From the NCBI GenBank assembly GCA_965645245.1, contig OZ287069.1, positions 1-64,000 on the forward strand: a DNA stretch of 64,000 nucleotides, given 5' to 3'. This DNA comes from Massalongia carnosa. Lineage: Eukaryota. The notes under the pieces are model-generated. The model did not search any database and was not told the origin of the DNA. It was given only the letters and a program-made list of their open reading frames with translations. The translations under genes were made by a program, and so were the position numbers. The first letter of the stretch is position 1, and every line of letters starts with the position of its first letter. Below, piece after piece: positions 1 through 9,362 of this stretch.

Positions 1-832
1 CCCTAAGGCGTACCCTAACCCTAACCCTAAGGCGTAACCCTAAGGCGTACCCTAACCCTAACCCCAAGGCGTAACCCTAACCCTAACCCTAAGGCGTAAC
101 CCTAAGGCGTAACCCTAACCCTAACCCTAACCCTAACCCTAACCCTAACCCTAAGGCGAACCCTAACCCTAACCCTAACCCTAACCCTAAGGCGTAACCC
201 TAAGGCGTAACCCTAACCCTAACCCTAACCCTAACCCTAAGGCGTAACCCTAACCCTAACCCTAAGGCGTAACCCTAAGGCGTAAACCCCTAACCCTAAG
301 GCGAACCCTAACCCTAAGGCGTAACCCTAAGGCGTAACCCTAACCCTAACCCTAAGGCGTAACCCTAACCCTAAGGCGTAACCCTAACCCTAAGGCGTAA
401 CCCTAACCCTAACCCTAAGGCGTAACCCTAAGGCGTAACCCTAAACCCTAAGGCGTAACCCTAAGGCGTAACCCTAACCCTAACCCTAACCCTAAGGCGT
501 AACCCTAACCCTAAGGCGTAACCCTAACCCTAACCCTAAGGCGTAACCCTAACCCTAAGGCGTACCCTAAGGCGTAACCCTAAGGCGTAACCCTAACCCT
601 AACCCTAAGGCGTAACCCTAAGGCGTACCCTAACCCTAAGGCGAACCCTAACCCTAACCCTAACCCTAACCCGTAACCCTAACCCTAACCCTAACCCTAA
701 CCCTAACCCTAACCCTAACCCTAACCCTAACCCTAACCCTAACCCTAACCCTAACCCTAACCCTAACCCTAACCCTAACCCTAACCCTAACCCTAACCCT
801 AACCCTAACCCTAACCCTAACCCTAACCCTAA
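1..832 (-). repeat. Telomere (left chromosome end): distal mixed CCCTAA/GGCGTAA tract (1-~645), proximal pure (CCCTAA)26 (677-832)
   Basis: C-rich strand at the window start. About 31 GGCGTAA units (a few GGCGTA/GGCGAA) counted by eye, each separated by at least one CCCTAA. One hybrid CCCGTAA at 670-676, then uninterrupted CCCTAA to 832. Confidence 0.97.
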
Positions 833-3800
833 GCGCCTCGAGATTCTATGGAAGCGTTATCGCTGAATGTACCCATGGCCCTTCCTCCGACACGATCTAG
901 ACAAGAAAGAAAGTGCCCCTTCCGCTACCTCTGACTCTGTAAAGCCGCGCGGCGTGGATTTACATGACTAGGCTATATCGTGGTATCGATGATTTAATCA
1001 AAAAACATACCGCCGGATATCTCGAGACGGGCCATTGAAATGACAGGGCTGTCGGGGACCTGCTTTGTTTTTTTGACAAAATCGGGCTCGGCTTTATACT
1101 TACCCTCAAGGTCGTCTGTTGAAATTTCTTTTGAAATTTCTTCGGAAAGATACTGCTGATTGTATTTTAATACATTTTCTCCAAGTTTCTTCAATCCCTC
1201 AACATAAAGATTAGATGTTGGATTAGTTGAAAATCGATCATAGCTTCTTTTACAGAGTGATTTATGCGCTAGTGCCGTAGCCATGCCCCACACATCCTCT
1301 GCGGCCGATTTTGCTGGATGCCTTGAAGAGTTGACTCTTCCAAAGTAAAAATCAACGATTTCTTTGAGCTTCATAAGATATGGACCGTTGAGTGCCCAGT
1401 TCTCGAGCAAGGTGTCACTATACTTTGAAAAATAAGATTGCTCGTGCTGGAACGTCTTGAGGTTATTGTTTAGTATCTCTAAAAGCCGATCAGTCTCAAA
1501 ACTCGACTCTTCGTCACCGCGTAAATTGACAAGACTATTCATTAAAATACTTTCCTGTAGCCTTATGGTCGCTGCGAAAGAATCAATCGCATGAAGGGTG
1601 TATAGAAGAGCTTGCGCATATTTCGGGGTGCCAGCTACGCTTGCCTGAAAGATCACCGTTGCGTGGCGCAATGCGTGACGAAGTAGTCCAATATCCGCAT
1701 ATTTGATTGCGTATCGAAGTGTTAGATACGATTCAACGTGATCACAGAAGTTCTGATGATTCTGAAATTGTTGATCAAACGTTGGAGGAAGCATATCTAT
1801 TGACGTTGAGGGTAATTCCGCGTGAAGTTTGCGAGATATCCTGCCCAACATATTCATCCAGGTGCCATCCTGCCCGCAAGTCTGCGCTGTGAGCCACGAA
1901 ATAGTTACTTCGATTCGCTGCGGAGCATATCCATCCTTTCGTAAAAACCTAATCCACGTCCCAACGATTCTAGCTTGATAGCTCTGAATGATCAGATCCT
2001 CTAAGGCCTGGAAATCGTTCGGCTGCACGACACGAGCGCGGCCCCACCGATCGGCGGCATATTGAAGAGTCGAAGGATCAACCGGCTGGGCCTCTCCCCA
2101 ATGTATTTTATGAATAAGCTGCAGCATGTTAAAGCGAAGATGCCATAACCCTAATCCCGGTAAAATCCAGTCGAACCGATCGAAAGATTGCTCCGATATC
2201 CCACAACGTAATTCCTTGCCAGATTGCATTCTCGACCATGTCTTGAGGTCACCATAGATAAGCCGAATGACGCTCGCAAACGTCGAGTTATCCTCCTTGA
2301 ACTTGAACTGTCGCACAAATATATCCTCCAATATTTGAATATTATTAGATGTTGTGCTCTCATCCTTCATGACTGGTTTGAAAGGAATGTAATTGGTCTT
2401 GGATTTTTTCATCTTATTCAGCACGGGCATTGCAGTCGACCAAGGAAGTTGAACGTCGCCGATCTCTGGGCCATAAAGCGCTCGAATCGCTGACTCTAGA
2501 TGATGAAGACGAATCTAGGTACGCGGTACATTAGCGATTGAGCGCGGTATATACACCTCGTCCTGTATTGAACTCACCTGCATCTCGAGATCACCAGTCT
2601 CCAGCATTCGCGCAATTCTTTCAGCTGATAAAAGATGCGTGGCGGGGCGCCACATATCCTGCCTCAAAGCGCCGGCATCGAATCCTTGCCCCTGGAAAAT
2701 TAGAACGGTAGTGATTGATCTGACGTCTCTATTATCCCCCGTGGGCTCTCCTCGTTTACCTTCTGCGAAGTCAAAGTTATCGTATGTCAAGATCATGTTT
2801 GAGCCTTGTCCTAGCATCTGAACCTTTCGTTCGGCCTCCTTAATCAAGGACAACATGCGCCACTGCAGGGTAGTATATGACATCGTAAGGTAAAAATGAC
2901 AGAGTGTATCTAGAACTCGCCGCCTCGCCCCACCTTGATAAATATAAAGGCCTAAGACGGACTGAATATTGGTCGCCTTATTTGGTCGCAATTTGTGACA
3001 AAGCATTGCCAATATAACGGTGTGCCGGCCGCTGGGAGAATCCAACGTCACATCGAGAGGTTCCTGCGGGCGAGCCTCGCGACAAACACTATCAATTAGC
3101 TCAAGCCATCGTGGCGCCAACTGCTTGGCGGCAGATGCAGCAAGTTTAATAGCCTCCAAGGTCCCAAACTAGACTGTCGCAGAGGGCGGCTGGAAAGGGC
3201 CAAAGGCTGCGTGATCTGCCAAAGCTTTGATTTCTTCACGAAGCACATCCGCTGCCCAAACCCATCCTCTCTCGCGAAGGATAGTGGATATTCTACCAGG
3301 CCCAATGAGGCTTGAAAAGTCTTCTTGCCACCCAATATCGACATAGACAAAATCGAAGAGCTGGCCTTGCGCCTTTCGCATACTATGACGGGCTCGATTC
3401 TTACAAAGTGTTGATAAAAAATCTTTTACCGACCAATTTAGAGAGCTCAGAAATTTAAGCACCTCAACCAGCTTGTCGTAATCTGATATGCGCCGGCGGT
3501 GGCGTTTCGCGCCTCCATTTTTTTCAGGTAAGGCAGGAGGGGAGGAGGAAGAGGGGGAGCTATCATTACTGCCTGACGGCGATGGGTGGGGCCGCTTGAG
3601 CGCACCGGCGGGAGTCAAGGGACTTGTCCGTAGGTCGGTAAGTGGCGAGGAGGGGCCCCCGACAAGAGCCATGGCTTTCGTCAGATAGCTTCAATCTAGA
3701 TAAATCATACAATACCATTGATTGGCCGTCGTTATTCATATCATCACGATCTTTGTAACTCAATGTAATCGCGCCACATGAAAATAATCAATTCATCAAC

Positions 3801-4175
3801 CTCAAAATTGAGCGAAAGCGAACAATTTATCACTTAATCGACTTTCACATCGCTTTTCTTAGCCTGACAGTAGTTATAACACATGATTATCGAGTCATCC
3901 ATCTTGAGAGGTGCGTTTTCGGTATAAAATACAGTCTCTGGTAAACTAATACTACCCTAATCATTGTATTAAATCCATAAAAGGAATGGTTGCACTGCTA
4001 AAATTTTTATTACGCGGATCTGGCCGTAATTTTGAGTTTTGCGCTCAGACGTGCTATCGCACTGATGTTAGTCAGCAGCGACGCTAACCCGAAGGGGCTT
4101 AGCGAAAATAGGCTAACCCGGAGGGGCTTAGCCGGCTCATTGAGCCACGCACGTCTGAGGTACTGAGGCAATCTA
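833..4175 (-). mobile_element. DUF6589/Academ-like DNA transposon, truncated by the telomere
   Basis: Carries a DUF6589-type transposase-like gene. The proximal end reads TAGATTGCCTCAG on the minus strand (Academ-like TAG terminus). Homology of element X copy 1 to copy 2 starts at exactly the next base (4176 GTAGATCGGGGCTCGG vs ~20770 GTTGACCAGGGCTCGG). No matching distal TIR before the telomere. Confidence 0.6.
994..3672 (-). pseudogene. DUF6589-family putative DDE transposase (~870 aa), one intron, one premature stop
   Basis: ORFs 3169..3672 and 2515..3159 are in one frame separated by TAG at 3169-3171. Intron 2515-2577 (GTGAGT...GCTAAT...TAG, 63 nt) joins in frame to 994..2430 via IRLHHLES...STAMPVL. 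Motifs YDNFDF, GDLKT, GLGLWH, GTPKYA, ETDRLLEILN. Confidence 0.75.
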
Positions 4176-5603
4176 GTAGATCGGGGCTCGGATTTGCGAT
4201 GCATGTACTCTGCGCGCTACGCGGTGCCTGCTGTACTGTTGGTTGTAGACTTTGGCCTAGGGGGGGTTCTCTTGAAGGCACGGGTTGTGCTGCTTCGACA
4301 GATCCAGCAGGTTGATGAAGATCCAAGGGCGGAGGTGTAGATATAGCAATGCTGGGAGATAGGCGTGAAGTGGGCGAAGTAGGGTTAGAATCGACACCTG
4401 TCATGGGCTTCATCCATTATAATAGCGTGTTTATCTGCGTTGGGAACGAAGTCCCACGTCTACTACTGGTGTTACTTGACTGAGCCTTGGAAGTCCTGCT
4501 GTGACTGCGTCATGTATCTGCAGTATGCAGTGAACTGCCCTTTTGTATATCTGTATTCGGTGGACTATGGATTGGTGTGCTGTTGTGTCTAGGTGCTGCT
4601 GATTCGACATTACTAAACTGCTGGGTGGCGTAGTCAGAATACGTTGACCCGGCCTTGCTGCTCTCCTGCCTCTCTTGTTGCCCAATTCGTAGTGCCTAGA
4701 GCACTGCTGCTGCCTCAAGATAGGCTGCCGACTCCTCCAAGCGTGCCGTGACCTCCACATCACAGTCTGCGTCTTCAGTATTTGTCACCTCCCATGTGCG
4801 TATTTTCTCAACCTGGTGAACGATTTTGGGTTCCTCGTGTAGGGAATTTGGAGTTGCAGTTCGAGGGGGATTATCCTTAGTATGCTTCGGGCTCAAGCTC
4901 TTCCTCACAATCTTCCGCTATATCGCGATCCGGAGGGACTGGTATGTGGAGGCTGGTTCGCAGACCAATGGCCGGCAGGGTGTCGCTAGGGATATCGGAT
5001 GTAGGTAGAGGCTCGTAGGCACAAAGTCGACGGGACCTGCAAGACCAACTGGGCGCGTTAGATTTTTGTAATAACCTTGACTCTGCCGTCTCTTGGCCGC
5101 TGCAGCTTCATCAGCAGTAGAGTACTTTCGAGGCCTACCACAAAATTTTTTCAATGACTCCGTAGAAGGCATGATCGATGAAAAGTGACGCTGAGCAGTC
5201 GAAGTTCTAGAGATGAGGAATTTAGGAAAAAACCCTAATTCGGTTAGCGCGGTAGGTAACACGAGAAAAGAACGGCAGCTAAGAATGTAAAATCAATTAC
5301 AGGTCTAAGTTACTCATCGCATGATCACATTATTCACATCAACGCATGATCGATCACATCTCGTAGTTAGGATTAGGATTCGCATGAGAAATACAGGAAA
5401 AAACCCGAATTCGGTTAGCGCGGTACGGTGGTCCGGCAGAATCTAGTGACATGACTTCTCCTCTTTGAATTATCACAACACAACCAATAACGCTTACAAT
5501 GGTTAACGACGGAATGAGAATGATGATTGAAGTCCTTGCCGATCGATTGCGCCGAAAAAATCCACCACTTGTGTTCTAACCTTCACCCCGGATTCCGACA
5601 TCA
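4176..5603 (-). mobile_element. Element X copy 1 (5' portion; unclassified mobile element)
   Basis: Colinear homolog of 20770-21913 + 26113-26400 + 26896-27176. Ends at ...CCGGATTCCGACATCA, abutting a truncated Gypsy LTR. Confidence 0.7.
4696..5172 (-). pseudogene. N-terminal exon of the element X protein (AT-hook GRPRKY, acidic region), frameshifted
   Basis: ATG at 5172 gives MPSTESLKKFCGRPRKYSTADEAAAAKRR. Continues in ORF 4696..4908 (DNPPRTATP...ARLEES), homologous to 21483..21815. Confidence 0.55.
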
Positions 5604-7252
5604 TTTCGGATAGCTAACCGGCTAGTGCTTCGTTCAAGCAGTTAAGGTTGATTCAATGAACTAACTGGCTGGTACCCAGTCACTCCATGACACCAGCTCC
5701 CCTTTTAGGTCCGAGCTCCGCGAGGACTACCGGGCTTGCTAGGCCTCAGTCGATGAAAGTCTTCCAATAGGTCGGAGCAGCGGGTGATGTCCTTAGCTAC
5801 GGTCCAGTCGGGTGCGTCACATCCAGTCCACTTGATTAGGTACTGTAAACGTCTTCGAAAGAAACGGGAGTCCAAAATTTCCTCGACCTCCCACTCCGTT
5901 TCACCTTCAACTTCGACAGGAGGGGAAGGAGCGGGTATGTGGCCGACGTGGGGGTGTTGAGAGACAGGTTCTAGGAGGGAGACATGGATCACAGGATGAA
6001 CGTTCATGGAGGCGGGAAGGTCTAACTCGTATGCGTACTTGCTGACAACTTTCTTTATAGTGAACCTTCCAAGCATTTTCCAGTCTAACTTTCGCGATGG
6101 CCGTTTGGTCTTTATATGTCGAGCGTCCAACCATACCTCGTCACCGATCTGAAACATAGGAGCCGGGGTCCTACTTGCATTAGAAGACGCTTCGAAACGT
6201 ACTTGAGCTAGGCGCATTTCGTCGCCGAGGTGTTCACTGATACTTTGCATTTTGAAAGCAAATTCGTCAGCGCTAATGACATGTGCATTGGGAGAGTCGC
6301 GATGAACAGGTTCAAGACCAAGATAGGGGTGGAAACCATAGTTGGCAAGGAATGGGCTGACGGACGTTGTCTCGGAGTCGGAGTTATTACTAGCGAACTC
6401 AGCCATGGGTAGCCAGTCGGTCCAATCATCTTGTTGATAAGACACATAGCTTCTGAGGTATTGTTCCATGACTGCATTATAACGTTCCGTTTGACCGTCA
6501 GTTTCCAGGTGAAACGACGTAGGTAGCCGACTGTTGATCCTTAGTCGTTCACATAGTGCTTTCCAAAAATCAGCTATGAACTGGCCTCCTCGACCCGACA
6601 CAATGGAGTCGGGTAGGCCATGAAATTTCCAGAAATTTTCAACGTATAGTCTAGCCAAGGCCTTAGCGTCGGTGGTTTCTCTGCAGGGAATAAAGTGCTT
6701 CATCTTGGTTACTCGACAAACAACGCTTAGCAAGGCGTTTTTATTACTACTTTCGGGTAGGCCGGTAACGAAATCCATAGATATGTCCTTCCATCGTTGT
6801 TGGGGAACGGGCAAAGGTTTTAACATTCCGTACTTGGCATGATAGGAAGCTTTACTGCGAGAGCATGTATGACAGTGTTGAACATAGCGAGCATTGAACT
6901 GATGATATCGGGGCCAGTAGTAGTCTCGCGCCATCAGACTAAATGTTTTAGATCTGCCTAGATGGCCGGCGACTAGGCTGTCGTGAAATTCCTTGCATAG
7001 TCTCATTTTTAGTTCATGCCAATCAGGGACATAAAGCCTTTCCTTGTAGTATAGTCTTCCATTCCTGTCTTCGCATTCGGCTAGGGTGATGTCCTTGCTG
7101 TGTCGAGCACCGTTTCGGAGAAGGGTCAGGATTTTGTTAGGCGTGGGGTCATGTTCATATCCTAGATCAATGAGTTCGTCTATAGGTTTCTCTTTCGAGT
7201 CGATGGCAGGGGCGAGATTCGATGGTTCAATGGCGATGTCAGGTGCGATGGT
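5604..7252 (-). mobile_element. Truncated chromovirus Ty3/Gypsy (integrase-chromodomain, PPT, partial 3' LTR 5604-5692)
   Basis: PPT AAAAGGGGAGCTGG precedes TGTCATGGAGTGACTGGG. The LTR matches the first ~90 bp of the solo LTR at 41357. Cut at both ends by element X sequence. Confidence 0.88.
5705..7006 (-). CDS. Gypsy integrase + chromodomain fragment (frame extends upstream to ~7250)
   Basis: H-H-C-C zinc finger, WKDISMDFVTGLP, ETDGQTER, GPF-like GRF, chromodomain WEVEEILD...YLIKWTG. The second catalytic Asp appears mutated (SIVSGRG). Confidence 0.9.
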   Translation of the reverse strand: MRLCKEFHDSLVAGHLGRSKTFSLMARDYYWPRYHQFNARYVQHCHTCSRSKASYHAKYGMLKPLPVPQQRWKDISMDFVTGLPESSNKNALLSVVCRVTKMKHFIPCRETTDAKALARLYVENFWKFHGLPDSIVSGRGGQFIADFWKALCERLRINSRLPTSFHLETDGQTERYNAVMEQYLRSYVSYQQDDWTDWLPMAEFASNNSDSETTSVSPFLANYGFHPYLGLEPVHRDSPNAHVISADEFAFKMQSISEHLGDEMRLAQVRFEASSNASRTPAPMFQIGDEVWLDARHIKTKRPSRKLDWKMLGRFTIKKVVSKYAYELDLPASMNVHPVIHVSLLEPVSQHPHVGHIPAPSPPVEVEGETEWEVEEILDSRFFRRRLQYLIKWTGCDAPDWTVAKDITRCSDLLEDFHRLRPSKPGSPRGART

Positions 7253-7677
7253 ATGGAAGGATCCAATGCGTCAGCCGGATGAAGTGTAAGAAGTCATCAA
7301 GCCATCGATCCGCCCGGCCGTACCCAAGACGCTGTTCTAGCATCACGAACGTCTTGTTCAGGATCACGCGGTACGGCTTGGTACCCCAGCCACGCCGCTC
7401 TTCCTCATCGGATAGGAATAGGAAGTTGAGGAGACCTATAGCCTTGTCGAACCGCATCTTGTTCCCGGTGACCATGTGCGGTGAACCTGGCTATCCAGTA
7501 ACTGCGTCGACTAGGAACATCCTCTTCATGTCACGGTAGCAGAACCTATACTCTGCAGGCGGCTTTGCACCTTCGTGTCTTAGCTCCTTAGTTAGCTTGT
7601 TGATCTTGTGCATGGCCTTCCAGATATCTGCGTCAAACTGCTCGAGGTTAAGAACGTGAAGGTACTCCAGCCAGGAC

Positions 7678-8107
7678 TGTAATAGCGCGGCAATACAGGA
7701 CTGCGCTTGCTCCTGAGATGACTCACCCAAGAAGACCGGGTGACTGATAATCCGGATGCTTAGTCATGATAAGGCGGATAGCAATACTAAGCCATCAGCA
7801 ATCAGCCTTACCAGTTTATTAGGCAGCAACTGAAGCTATTCAGATAAGCCTCGATCTCATGGGAGGCCTGGGACGCCTAGGAGACCTCAGCTGAAGGCAA
7901 CAAGGCTATCTGCTAGACCTCAGCTGAAGGCAACAAGGCAGACAGGTAACCAGACAAGTAGTTAGTAAATAGGACCCCAAGGGGTATATAGAAAGCTCGA
8001 TTCCCATCTTCAGGGAATCAGCTTTTAGCTTTAGCACCTACCAATCTATTAGCAGTCACACTGAGCATTATAACCCATAAGGACTAGTGTCTACTGTCCC
8101 TCTTATA
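7678..8107 (+). repeat. 5' LTR (TGTAATAG...CTCTTATA)
   Basis: Direct repeat of 13615-14044. TATA box near 7985. Internal duplication AGACCTCAGCTGAAGGCAACAAGGC. Confidence 0.95.
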
Positions 8108-8207
8108 ATTCTAAAAGCTCCATATCTTAGGATAGCTTGGTCCGACTGTTGATAGTTCAATCCTATCACACCTACCGTCCAAACAATTCAAACTATTTAT
8201 CGTCAAC

Positions 8208-9362
8208 ATGAACACACGAGGACGAAGCGGCCAGAATTCGGCCAATCCCACGTCCAATCAGGGTGATGACCTACTGGACTACGATACGCTGGAACAAACA
8301 CCACCAAACCAGCTAATCGACGAGATTAGAGCCATGCAGGCCCATTTGACCGAACAGACAGCAGCCATGCAGGCCCAGGCCACCTTGTTGACTCAGCAAA
8401 GTACCCGTCTCGCTGCCAATGAAAGGGAATTAGAACGACTGCACGAGGAAAGAGAGTCTCGTCGTCCTCGCTCCATGGAACGATCTGTCAGGTATAACCT
8501 CAAAGCTAAGTCGCCCGACCCGTATTATGGCAAGGACCATAAGACCTTGTTCGAATTCACCAGACAATGCGAGGCTGTCTTTAACACTAGTGGCATGCCT
8601 GAAACGGAACAAGATCGTCGTATAGCCTATGCAGGCAGCTACCTTCGAGACACCCCTAGCGACAATTGGCATGAGATACTATCACGAGGGGGTCATCTGA
8701 ATCTTACCTGGAAGGAGTTCAAAAAGAACCTCATGAATCAACTAGGCTCTACAGAAGTTTTCAAAGATCGAACCTGGATGCAGTACCATCATGCACAACA
8801 ACGTCCCAATGATACTGTTCAATCCTTTGCGGCCTACTTACAACGCCTACGAACAATATTAGCCGATGCAGATCCGGAACATCCTATTACCGAAGAACAG
8901 ATGGTCCAGAAGCTTCGTACGGGAGTCATACCAATAATTCGGAATTCCTTAGCACTAGGTCATCGACATCCCGCTACCATAGCGGAATTCATCAGTGATG
9001 CACAACTAGCTGAGGGAGCGGCTGTTTTGCCATCATCAACAGGTAGAGGCTACTCCAAGCGGGAGCAAGGTGCCCCGGCTTCTAACGATCAGGGCCGCCG
9101 AGAACCATATCCAACTAATCATCGCGGAGGTCGAGGCGGAAGAGGTCATCGAGGTAGTCACCACGGAAGAGGCAATAGAGGCGGAAGAGGCCGAGGCGGC
9201 AGGAATGCGGCTCCGGCTGGTACTAGCGCGCCGTCGACCAATAGCAATGCCATTCCGCTAGGCACTGTGACCGAGATACAAGACAATAACAAAAATAGCT
9301 GCTATAATTGTGGATCCCTCGAACATTGGGTAAAAGACTGTCCCCATCCAAAAAAAGCATAG
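8208..9362 (+). CDS. gag: Gag with CCHC zinc knuckle
   Basis: 384 aa. PDPYYG capsid-like motif, RGG-rich region, CYNCGSLEHWVKDC. Confidence 0.93.
   Translation: MNTRGRSGQNSANPTSNQGDDLLDYDTLEQTPPNQLIDEIRAMQAHLTEQTAAMQAQATLLTQQSTRLAANERELERLHEERESRRPRSMERSVRYNLKAKSPDPYYGKDHKTLFEFTRQCEAVFNTSGMPETEQDRRIAYAGSYLRDTPSDNWHEILSRGGHLNLTWKEFKKNLMNQLGSTEVFKDRTWMQYHHAQQRPNDTVQSFAAYLQRLRTILADADPEHPITEEQMVQKLRTGVIPIIRNSLALGHRHPATIAEFISDAQLAEGAAVLPSSTGRGYSKREQGAPASNDQGRREPYPTNHRGGRGGRGHRGSHHGRGNRGGRGRGGRNAAPAGTSAPSTNSNAIPLGTVTEIQDNNKNSCYNCGSLEHWVKDCPHPKKA

Noticed and set aside
1..676. CRISPR-like or satellite interpretation of the mixed repeat
   Set aside because: There are no unique spacers. Terminal position, C-rich orientation and continuity with CCCTAA identify it as telomere in a eukaryotic context.
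4134..4177. Helitron 3' end (hairpin + CTAG|T) on the plus strand
   Set aside because: The hairpin is ~25 nt from CTAG, X homology already includes the G at 4176, and the linked gene is DDE-like, not RepHel. A TAG-type terminus fits better.
4595..4620. Possible precise intron loss (retroposition) in X copy 1 relative to ~21202-21403
   Set aside because: The ~200-bp deletion runs between two TCGAC microhomologies and removes exon bases as well, so it is not a splice-junction loss.
7491..7730. ORF MGESSQEQ... as a real N-terminus
   Set aside because: The first 17 codons are antisense LTR sequence; only SWLEY onward belongs to the X protein.
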